Source: Candidatus Moraniibacteriota bacterium (GTDB lineage Bacteria > Patescibacteriota > Minisyncoccia > Moranbacterales > GCA-2747515). Taken from it: DNA of 56,288 bases. The stretch is taken from assembly GCA_947311515.1 (NCBI GenBank), contig CAMZLB010000018.1, positions 1-56,288 of the forward strand, written 5' to 3'. Positions 20,222 through 28,864 of the stretch are shown here, one piece after another. The notes under the pieces were generated by a model. The model saw nothing but the letters and a program-made list of their open reading frames with translations, was not told where the DNA came from and searched no databases. Made by a program: the position numbers and the translations under genes. Within the stretch, counting starts at the first letter, position 1, and each line of letters opens with the position of its first letter.

Positions 20222-21817
20222 ATGAACATTACACCACCAATCAAACAATTGATGGGGAGAATAGAATCTCGCTCATCGATTAGAACTAGGTTTAAGGCTG
20301 AATTGAATGAAGAGATTATATCTGTGGATAATATAGCTAGTAAATTGGCATCTCTGTATGAAAAGATGCGTAATTCTGTTGATTATAAAGAGGAACATCT
20401 GATAAGGAGAGGTGCTATAGAGAGAATGCTTAAGAGACAGTCTCACGAGTCATTTAGAAAAACCGATGTTTCTAGAACTTTAGTGGTGGAGCTAGTAAGA
20501 GCTGGATATTTACCAAATAACTCCCTGCCTTTAAGTATTATAGAAGATATAGGGAATATAATTTCTAAGTACACATTGCTCAAAAATTATTGTACCAAAT
20601 CTGCGCATGACATGGTAGGTGTTTCTGCTAAAATTTTGAGCTTAGAAGCTACAGAAATTGAAGAATATCTTTTTCCTCCTATCGTAGCTACTGCTACAGC
20701 TGATGCTTTTTATCTTACAATTCGTGACCTTATAAAGGTAAAAGATAGACAAGAGATATCAGAAGAAGAAAAAAATACTCAAACCTATATAGCATGCTAC
20801 AGAAGTTTACTTAGATATGATGAGGCAAGTTTATTTTATAGAATGTGGTTACTCAATCATCCTAAATGGACTAGTAGCGACATAGATGATAAATATATCC
20901 AAGCAGTTGCTTTTAATTTTCAATCATATAATTCTGAAATAGAAAACGATTTATCGAATCCTTTAAATTGGAGAATTACATATAAACTTAGAGATTATGC
21001 AATTTATTTTTCTCTTATTAAGGAATCAGTTGATAAGCAACCTGAACTTTGGACAAAAGATAGCTTAACTGAGAATAATATAAAAGAACAAATTTCTTCA
21101 CTTTTAGCATGGAAATATAAACAGGAAAAAAAAATTGTAGTCAAGAGTGTTACCCGTATGATAATATATGTAATTCTAACAAAAATAGTTTTAGCTTTTA
21201 CTGTGGAAATTCCGTTTGATTTAATTATTGAAGGTCATGTGAATAAAATAGCTCTTGCTATAAATGTTGTATTTCCTCCTTTACTCCTTTTTGTGGTAAC
21301 CCGTGTTATAAAGTTACCTAAAGATGATTCAAAGGAATATACAATAAACAGTATAATAGAAATAATAAAAGGGAAAGCTGATTTACCACAATTACAAATT
21401 TGGATAAAAAGAAGGAAAAGTTTATTTAGTATGATTCTTGGTATTATATACCTAGTAATATTTACTCTGATTTTTGGCATGATATCTTGGATACTAATTA
21501 CTCTTAAATTTAATATTGTAAGTGGGGGATTGTTTTTGCTATTTCTTACTATTGTTAGTTATTTTGGACTTAGAATTAGAAATCGTGCGAAGAAGTGGAG
21601 GATAACGCCTAAAAATACAACTACGAAAGGATTTGTAATTGATTTATTGGTTATGCCTATAGTTCATACTGGACAATGGATTTCAGAAAAATTTAGTTCA
21701 GCAAATGTATTTGTATTTACTATGGATTTTTTTATAGAAACCCCATTTCAAATAGTTGTAGAAGTATTTGAGGGATTTACTAAATATTTAAAAGAGAAGA
21801 AGGAAGAATTGGAATAA
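20222..21817 (+). CDS. hypothetical protein with large helical N-terminal region and C-terminal TM segments
   Basis: 531-aa ORF; YEKMRN.VDYKEEHLIRR.AIER.LKR looks like a conserved block; at least four C-terminal hydrophobic helices. Confidence 0.8.
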   Translation: MNITPPIKQLMGRIESRSSIRTRFKAELNEEIISVDNIASKLASLYEKMRNSVDYKEEHLIRRGAIERMLKRQSHESFRKTDVSRTLVVELVRAGYLPNNSLPLSIIEDIGNIISKYTLLKNYCTKSAHDMVGVSAKILSLEATEIEEYLFPPIVATATADAFYLTIRDLIKVKDRQEISEEEKNTQTYIACYRSLLRYDEASLFYRMWLLNHPKWTSSDIDDKYIQAVAFNFQSYNSEIENDLSNPLNWRITYKLRDYAIYFSLIKESVDKQPELWTKDSLTENNIKEQISSLLAWKYKQEKKIVVKSVTRMIIYVILTKIVLAFTVEIPFDLIIEGHVNKIALAINVVFPPLLLFVVTRVIKLPKDDSKEYTINSIIEIIKGKADLPQLQIWIKRRKSLFSMILGIIYLVIFTLIFGMISWILITLKFNIVSGGLFLLFLTIVSYFGLRIRNRAKKWRITPKNTTTKGFVIDLLVMPIVHTGQWISEKFSSANVFVFTMDFFIETPFQIVVEVFEGFTKYLKEKKEELE

Positions 21818-21891
21818 TATTTGCATTTTATTTGTATTGTGCTATTATCATTAAATGACAATGTCATAAATTCTTTAAAAAGGAGTATGAA

Positions 21892-22821
21892 ATGATTAAT
21901 TCATACATAAATAATTTTCCGGAAGTAATGTTTATTCTTTCTTTGATATTATTATCAATATCAGCAGATAAAGTAGTAGAATATTCAGATGGTCTAGGAA
22001 AAAGTCTAAACATACCTGATTTTATATTAGGAAGTACCATATTAGCTTTTGGAACATCGCTTCCAGAATTAATAACGTCTTTACAGGCGATAAATGTTGA
22101 CAAAACATTGTTTCCTATAGATAATGTTGTAGGTTCGAATATAACTAATATTTCATTAATAGGAGGAATGATCCTTATATTTTCATCAGCTAAGGTTAAA
22201 CTAGATAAAATAGATATAGTTTTGCTTGTATTAGTTAGTGTAGCCTTCTCTGGAATGATTTTCAATGAAAAAATTAGTAGTTATGTTATCGGTATGCTAT
22301 TAATAGTATACCTACTAAGAATTTTTCTCTCAGAAAAAGAAGAGGAAGGTGAAAATCAAGATAAAGATAGTAACAATAATATTATTACTGTTATACTAAT
22401 AGTAATAAGTTTAACAATATTATTTTTATCGGCGGATTTACTAATAGATACTGTAACTAAATTATCTAGTAAATACAATCTCAGTGAATCAAGTGTTACT
22501 CTGATTATGGTAGCTCTTGGAACATCGCTTCCAGAATTAGTATTGTCTATAATTGCACTTATAAAAAATAAAGTCAACATGGCAATAGGAAACGTAGTAG
22601 GGTCTAATATCCTAAATATATTAATTGTTGTAGGAATAGCAAATACTGTAGAGAGTTTAGATATCTCTGGTATAAGTGAGGCTATAAACGCACCCTTATT
22701 AGGTGTAACAGCTTTGTTTTTAAGTATTTTTTTATTATCAGCAGTAAAGCTTCAGCGTATAGTAGGAGCATTATTAATAATAATCTACGGGATATACATA
22801 TATTATGCTTTAAGTTATTAA
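21892..22821 (+). CDS. sodium/calcium antiporter (YrbG/NCX_Mj type)
   Basis: Two GTSLPE repeats and two NVVGSNI motifs; AAGGAG upstream. Confidence 0.9.
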   Translation: MINSYINNFPEVMFILSLILLSISADKVVEYSDGLGKSLNIPDFILGSTILAFGTSLPELITSLQAINVDKTLFPIDNVVGSNITNISLIGGMILIFSSAKVKLDKIDIVLLVLVSVAFSGMIFNEKISSYVIGMLLIVYLLRIFLSEKEEEGENQDKDSNNNIITVILIVISLTILFLSADLLIDTVTKLSSKYNLSESSVTLIMVALGTSLPELVLSIIALIKNKVNMAIGNVVGSNILNILIVVGIANTVESLDISGISEAINAPLLGVTALFLSIFLLSAVKLQRIVGALLIIIYGIYIYYALSY

Positions 22822-22829
22822 CTTAAAGT

Positions 22830-22861
22830 AGACACTCTTTATAAAGAGTGTCTTTATTTTT
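22830..22861 (+). terminator. intrinsic terminator
   Basis: Perfect 24-bp palindrome AGACACTCTTTATAAAGAGTGTCT (22830-22853) followed by TTATTTTT. Confidence 0.75.
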
Positions 22862-22883
22862 GTTAAGTGTTATACTGTATAAT

Positions 22884-23699
22884 ATGAATTTTTATCAAAA
22901 TTTACCTCAAATAATAAATCCTATTTTTTTGCACATAGGTAGTTTTAAAATATACTGGTATTCTATAATGTGGATTATTTCTTTTTTAATTATTTATAAA
23001 CTACTCACTTATAGGATTAAAAAAGATAAAAAAAATATTTTAACCATAAATGAGCTAAATGACTTAATTTTTTATGCTTTGTTTGGAGCAATTATTGGTG
23101 GAAGATTGGGATATGTATTATTTTATAATTTAAATTATTTTATTCTAAATCCTTTAGAGATTATATCTCCATATAATTTTAGTACAGATACTTGGACGGG
23201 TATTTATGGAATGAGTTATCATGGAGGAGCTTTAGGTGTTATTTTTGTAATATTTTGGTATACACATAAAATAAATAAATCTGGATTTAAAGTTATAAAC
23301 TATGTGATACCTGCTATACCACTTGGGTATTTTTTTGGTAGGATTGGTAATTTTTTGAATAATGAGCTGTACGGTAGGATGACTGATAGCTGGATAGGGA
23401 TGAATTTTACAGATAAAGATTTTAGACATCCTTCACAATTATATGAAGCATTTGGGGAAGGAGTTATTTTATTTATAATTTTATGGAGTTTGAGGAATAA
23501 TAATAAAATTGAAAAATATCTACTTTCACTTTACATAATTGGATATTCTATGGTTAGATTTGTAATTGAATATTTTCGTGAACCTGATTCACATATAGGA
23601 TTATTATTTTTAGATCTATCAATGGGACAGATTTTATCTATCTATATGTTCATAATTGGATTTGTTATATTTTTAATTTCTTACAAAAGAAAAATCTAA
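22884..23699 (+). CDS. lgt: prolipoprotein diacylglyceryl transferase
   Basis: GGRLGYVLFY, GMSYHGG, GRIGNF.N.EL.GR, HPSQLYE and EYFREPD. Start moved to ATG 22884 because the upstream GTG lies inside the terminator. Confidence 0.95.
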   Translation: MNFYQNLPQIINPIFLHIGSFKIYWYSIMWIISFLIIYKLLTYRIKKDKKNILTINELNDLIFYALFGAIIGGRLGYVLFYNLNYFILNPLEIISPYNFSTDTWTGIYGMSYHGGALGVIFVIFWYTHKINKSGFKVINYVIPAIPLGYFFGRIGNFLNNELYGRMTDSWIGMNFTDKDFRHPSQLYEAFGEGVILFIILWSLRNNNKIEKYLLSLYIIGYSMVRFVIEYFREPDSHIGLLFLDLSMGQILSIYMFIIGFVIFLISYKRKI

Positions 23700-23769
23700 T
23701 ATTAAAAATTGAACAAAAATCATTATCATGTTAGTATATAAATATTAAAGAATTTACTTAAGATAAAAT

Positions 23770-24417
23770 ATGTCTTGCGAATTATCTCACATGAGGTTTT
23801 CTAGTGCTATAAAAAATGATTTAAAGGTTGTTGATAATAATAAGTACTTTCAAGGAGTAACATATCCAGACAGTAGAGTAGTTACTAAAGTTATTAGAAA
23901 TTTTACGCATAACATCAAATATACAAAAACAGAGTTTTTTGAAAGTGATGATTTCAAGAAAGGGTGGGCGTCTCACGTTATTTATGATATTGTCCACAAT
24001 AATGTTATGGAAGAAATGTTCTATGAATTATTTAAAAAAGAAGACTCTATAAATAATGGATATTCTAGTACAATTAGACTTGCGATTAAAATATTGCACG
24101 ATTTAGAAGATGCAAAAAAATTTGATTTTTCTCAATATTTACCACTTATTAATTATGATTTTTCTCCACAAGGAGAGAGTATTAACATGTTAAATAGATA
24201 TAATGATATCTTGTATGAATCCTATAAAAATTCAATGAATTTAACTGTTGAAGATTACAAAAAATCCTTAAAAAAATTTGATAATAAGCGAAATGAGTCT
24301 GCGGATATCATAGTAAAAAAAGTAATAGATCTTCAAAAAAGTAAAGACATTCAGGATAAGATAGAAAATATTTATAAAATATCACTGGAAGTCTATAAGA
24401 AAGATTTTTTATTATAA
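23770..24417 (+). CDS. hypothetical protein, possibly zinc-dependent phospholipase C-like fold
   Basis: N-terminal His, G..YPD and GW.SH...D pattern. Confidence 0.5.
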   Translation: MSCELSHMRFSSAIKNDLKVVDNNKYFQGVTYPDSRVVTKVIRNFTHNIKYTKTEFFESDDFKKGWASHVIYDIVHNNVMEEMFYELFKKEDSINNGYSSTIRLAIKILHDLEDAKKFDFSQYLPLINYDFSPQGESINMLNRYNDILYESYKNSMNLTVEDYKKSLKKFDNKRNESADIIVKKVIDLQKSKDIQDKIENIYKISLEVYKKDFLL

Positions 24418-24433
24418 ATACTTAACAAAAAAT

Positions 24434-24979
24434 ATGAATAAAAAAAAATTATTAATTGGAATTGATTTGGATGATTTTTTAAAAAAATCAATTCAAAAAA
24501 ATATAAGAGATTATAAAGATTTACCAGTTCGTTGGCATTCTATGGATAGTTATCATATTCCATTAATTTCACTTGGATGGGTTCCTGAGGATATGATTAC
24601 AGAACTTATAGAAAGTTTAAATGATTTTGCAATGGAAATGACAGAGGGTTATGTAGAATTTGTGAAGATAGCTTTCGTAGAAAATAAAAGTGGTTCAAAG
24701 AATATTAGAATAATTGGAAATGCTAGTGAGTATATGCGTGATCTTTATATAGACCTTATGGACTTTCTAGATATTCGTCATGGTGAAATAGGTAAGTTTT
24801 CTCCAGTTATCAATCTAGGTCATGTGCGTGCAAATGCTTGGAATGAATTAAGTTTAGCACCTATTATAGAAAAAGAATTTAATGTAGCTTACGATATTGT
24901 GACACTCACATTATTTGAAGATGGTAGAGGTGAGGACAAAAGAATATTAAATCCAATAGAAACATTTGATTTAATATGA
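24434..24979 (+). CDS. 2H phosphoesterase (ThpR/LigT-like), degenerate
   Basis: LLIGIDL start, VRW...YHIPL..LG and FSPVINLG in place of the two HxT motifs. Confidence 0.7.
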   Translation: MNKKKLLIGIDLDDFLKKSIQKNIRDYKDLPVRWHSMDSYHIPLISLGWVPEDMITELIESLNDFAMEMTEGYVEFVKIAFVENKSGSKNIRIIGNASEYMRDLYIDLMDFLDIRHGEIGKFSPVINLGHVRANAWNELSLAPIIEKEFNVAYDIVTLTLFEDGRGEDKRILNPIETFDLI

Positions 24980-24997
24980 TTATGTTTACTTGTATGA

Positions 24998-25191
24998 TAA
25001 ACTTGTTTCTAAATAAGCTTTTAGTTAAATTTTTCAATTTTTATCACAGTTTATTGAAAAAACTAATATTAGGATATTTCTAAGGTGATTTAGGGCATTC
25101 CCTCTAGCTTTGCAATTTATCTCAATTTTTTAACGGCGTTGTAGTAAAAACTAATTAAATTTTTATTCAATCTTATTTAGGGATAAGTTTA
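24998..25191. mobile_element. MITE-like inverted-repeat element
   Basis: AAACTTGTTTCTAAATAAGCTT (24999-25020) versus the reverse complement of 25169-25190 (AAACTTATCCCTAAATAAGATT): 18/22. It fills almost the whole intergenic gap. Confidence 0.55.
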
Positions 25192-25198
25192 ATACAAT

Positions 25199-25924
25199 AT
25201 GAATATAAAAATTTTCAAAACTAGAATTGATAATTATACAAAAAAAGAAATTTTAAACTTTGTAAATAATTCTTTGAATGGAAATAAAACTAAACAGATT
25301 GTTACTGTCAATGCAGAATTTTTATTGAAATCAAAAAAAGATAAAGAATTTAGAGATGTGTTAAATAGTTCTGATTTAAATATTCCTGATAGTTCTGGAG
25401 TGAATATCGCTTTTTGGAAAAATAAAAGGAAAATGAAGTATAGATATCCAGGCGTAGATTTAACTTTGGATATTTTAAAAGAACTGAATAATAGAAAAAT
25501 GAGTGTTTTTTTAGTTACAAATAAAAAAGGGTTAGTTGGTTGGATTGAAGTTGCTAATGCAATAAAAGATACTTTTCCTAAAATTAAAATAAGAGGAGAA
25601 AATTATGAATCATCTAAAAATCCTTCTGAAAAAATATGCAAAAAAATATCTGGAAGTGATGTTGTACTGTGTAATTTTGGAGCACCTCATCAAGAAATCT
25701 TTCTTTTTAATCTGAAAAATGCTACAATTAAAAATATAAAATTAGTCATCGGTATTGGAGGAACTTTTGATTTTTTGACTAACAAATTACCTAGAGCACC
25801 TATTTTTATGAGGAAAATTGGTTTTGAGTGGCTTTATAGAGTTTATGTCCAGCCTTGGAGATGGAGGAGGGTTATTGATGCAGTGATTATATTTCCAATT
25901 AAGATTTTAATAAGTAAGAAATAA
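25199..25924 (+). CDS. WecG/TagA/CpsF family glycosyltransferase
   Basis: VTVNAE, PDSSG, PGVDL, GAPHQE, GIGGTFD, RAP and GFEWLYR...QPWRW.R. Confidence 0.93.
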   Translation: MNIKIFKTRIDNYTKKEILNFVNNSLNGNKTKQIVTVNAEFLLKSKKDKEFRDVLNSSDLNIPDSSGVNIAFWKNKRKMKYRYPGVDLTLDILKELNNRKMSVFLVTNKKGLVGWIEVANAIKDTFPKIKIRGENYESSKNPSEKICKKISGSDVVLCNFGAPHQEIFLFNLKNATIKNIKLVIGIGGTFDFLTNKLPRAPIFMRKIGFEWLYRVYVQPWRWRRVIDAVIIFPIKILISKK

Positions 25925-25932
25925 AATAAGAT

Positions 25933-27375
25933 ATGAATACAGAAAATAAGGAGGTTGTAGTAAGATATGCACCATCACCTACAGGACTTATGCATATAGG
26001 AACACTTAGAACAATTCTTTATAATTATTTATTTGCAAAACAAAACAATGGAACAATCCTACTTCGCATTGAAGATACGGATCAATCTAGAAAAGTTGAT
26101 GGAGCAGTTGAAAGTTTGGAAAATTTAATAACTTGGGCAGGCATACCCTATGATAAGGGTCCTATATTTCAATCAAAGAGAGTTAAAGAAGGGATTTATA
26201 ATAAATACATAGATAAGCTTTTGAATAATGGAGATGCGTACTATTGTTTCTGTAGCTCTAAAAGATTAGATGAAATGCGTAAGCAGCAGATACTAGAAAA
26301 GAAGCCTCCCATGTATGATAGAAAATGTTTTTATTTACAGAAAAGTGAAGTACAAAAGCGTATTGATGACGGTGAAAAATATGTAATACGTTTTTTAATT
26401 CCAAAAAATAAAAATATTGAAATTAAGGATATAGTTAGAGGTAAGATTGTAATAAATACAAATACTATTGATGATCAAATTCTTTTAAAGTCTGATGGAT
26501 TTCCAACTTATCATCTAGCTAGCGTAGTTGATGACCATGAAATGAAGGTAACTCACGCAATAAGAGGTGAAGAGTGGGTAACTAGTACACCAAAACACAT
26601 ACTTTTGTACAATGCATTTAAGTGGAAGGTTCCTAAATTTGCTCATTTACCATTATTATTGAATGCAGATGGAAAGAAAAAATTATCAAAAAGACAAGGT
26701 GATGTAGCTGTTGAAGATTTCATAGCAAAAGGATATCTAAAAGATGCGATAATTAATTTTGTAGTTCTTCTTGGATGGAATCCTGGGTGTGGTAGTACAA
26801 AAGAAATTTTTAATTTAGAAGAACTTATAGAAAAATTTAATTTATCAAAAGTTCATAAATCAGGAGCTGCTGTTGATATAAAAAGGCTTGATTGGATGAA
26901 TGCTCAATATATTAAAAATATGAATATTGATGAATTGATTAAATTTGCATTACCTTACTTTAAAGAAAATTTTCCAAATGTTACTGATAATAAATTTATA
27001 AAAAAAGTATTAACTGTTGAGCAAGATAGACTTGAGCGATTTACTCAGGTAGGTTTGGAAAATCCTTTTTTCTTTGAGTCAGTTTCAGTAAATAAAGAAT
27101 TATTGAAATGGAAGGGAGCAGATGATTCTGAGACAAAAAGTCAATTAGAGAAGGCAATGCAAATATTGACAAGTATTACGGACTCACACTGGACACGCAA
27201 AAATCTAACTGAAATTTTAATGACTGCTGCAGGGGATAAAAAAGGAGATTTTCTATGGCCAATTCGTGCAGCGTTGACAGGAGAAAAATATTCACCTAGT
27301 CCTATGGATTGTGCATGGGTTATCGGAAAAGAAAAATCCTTAGATAGAATTAAAAAAGCGATACAGATATTTTAG
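25933..27375 (+). CDS. gltX: glutamate--tRNA ligase
   Basis: RYAPSPTG, HIGT, LRIEDTD, RGEEW and KLSKR. Confidence 0.98.
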   Translation: MNTENKEVVVRYAPSPTGLMHIGTLRTILYNYLFAKQNNGTILLRIEDTDQSRKVDGAVESLENLITWAGIPYDKGPIFQSKRVKEGIYNKYIDKLLNNGDAYYCFCSSKRLDEMRKQQILEKKPPMYDRKCFYLQKSEVQKRIDDGEKYVIRFLIPKNKNIEIKDIVRGKIVINTNTIDDQILLKSDGFPTYHLASVVDDHEMKVTHAIRGEEWVTSTPKHILLYNAFKWKVPKFAHLPLLLNADGKKKLSKRQGDVAVEDFIAKGYLKDAIINFVVLLGWNPGCGSTKEIFNLEELIEKFNLSKVHKSGAAVDIKRLDWMNAQYIKNMNIDELIKFALPYFKENFPNVTDNKFIKKVLTVEQDRLERFTQVGLENPFFFESVSVNKELLKWKGADDSETKSQLEKAMQILTSITDSHWTRKNLTEILMTAAGDKKGDFLWPIRAALTGEKYSPSPMDCAWVIGKEKSLDRIKKAIQIF

Positions 27376-27376
27376 T

Positions 27377-28513
27377 ATGAATATTGGATTTATTGAAGAT
27401 ACTTATTTACGAGGTGGAACGCAAATATGGGTCGTGGAAGCGGTTAAAAATTTTATCTCTCAGGGTGAAAATATTATAGTTATTGCACCAAAAAATAGTT
27501 ATGTTGCTGTAGAATGTGAAAAAGTTGGAGCGGAAATTTTTGAATATGACTGGAAAAATATATCCTTAAATAAAGAAAAGTACAAACAAGTGTGGACAAA
27601 AGGACTTTCGAAAATGGATGTGGCTGTTTGCACCATTCATCCACCGAGGAATTATTTTCATTGTTCAGTATTTGCAGGGGAATGTTTGCGAGATGATGAT
27701 AATTTGAGCACAGCCTTAATTTTAAAAACTGGAACCATAGTACCTGAATATAAACGTGAATTTTATATTCCTAATAATAAAATTAATGTAGAGATTATAT
27801 GCATTACTAATTTTACACGTAAATATTTAATTGAAAATTACAACATACCTAGAGATAAGATACATCTGATTTATCAGGGGACAGAAATTGATAGATTTAC
27901 ATCTACAAAAAAAAGTAGAGAGGAATCTTTCAAGATATACCCATTAAGTGCTAATGTATCACCTGTACTTGCTTCGGTAGGCTCTTTGGAGAAACGTAAG
28001 GGACAAATTATTTTATTAAAAGCTATAAAAAAATTGATAAGTAATAATGAATTGCCTAATATGCATTTAATGATAGTTGGAGAGGGTCCAGATGAAAAAA
28101 TGCTTAAAGTTAAAACTATTGAAATGGGACTGAAAAATTACGTGACATTTTTTCCATTTACTAATAAACCTAATTATATATTTGATAGAATAGATATTTT
28201 GATATTACCTAGTCTATACAAGGAAGGTTTGCCAAATGTTTTATTGGAATCAATGTCTATGGGTGTGCCAGTAATCTCTTCTCATATTGCAGGAGTTCCT
28301 GAAATTATTTCAGATGGGAAAACTGGTTATATGGTGGAATCTGGAAATGTAGATGACTTGGCAAGAAATATTTTAAAGCTATGGTCCGATAAAGAAAACT
28401 ATCAAAAAATGAAAACAAATTCTAAATCTTTAATAGAAAAAAAATTTAATAAAAAGAAACAGTTTAAAGAATTCTTGAACTTTTTTAGAAAAAATAAACA
28501 TCTGCAAAGTTAG
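27377..28513 (+). CDS. glycosyltransferase family 4
   Basis: GT-B motifs VGSL..RKG, PSLYKEGLPNVLLESM and G.PEII.DG.TG. Confidence 0.9.
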   Translation: MNIGFIEDTYLRGGTQIWVVEAVKNFISQGENIIVIAPKNSYVAVECEKVGAEIFEYDWKNISLNKEKYKQVWTKGLSKMDVAVCTIHPPRNYFHCSVFAGECLRDDDNLSTALILKTGTIVPEYKREFYIPNNKINVEIICITNFTRKYLIENYNIPRDKIHLIYQGTEIDRFTSTKKSREESFKIYPLSANVSPVLASVGSLEKRKGQIILLKAIKKLISNNELPNMHLMIVGEGPDEKMLKVKTIEMGLKNYVTFFPFTNKPNYIFDRIDILILPSLYKEGLPNVLLESMSMGVPVISSHIAGVPEIISDGKTGYMVESGNVDDLARNILKLWSDKENYQKMKTNSKSLIEKKFNKKKQFKEFLNFFRKNKHLQS

Positions 28514-28864
28514 TCTAAATAAATTTAATTATAAATATAAAGAAATAGGCTAATTACAAAGAAGTAAAACTACCAATTAAAAACTATGAACTTAACTTAG
28601 GGTATTTAAGTATAGTAATATCTTCTTGTTTTTGTATGTAGATATTTCTATTTTTTAGCTAGGGACAAGTTAAATTGATATAATAAATAAAATGATTGTG
28701 CATGTTCTGTTTATCTATGTTGTATATATTATAATAGTAATTTTTTAAAGATTGGCACATACTATAATTTTGAAAATTTGGATTATTGGTATATAATTAT
28801 AACATAAAGGTAATAAAGCTATAATTATTTAGTCCTTAGTAAAAATAAAATAACCATTGAAAAT

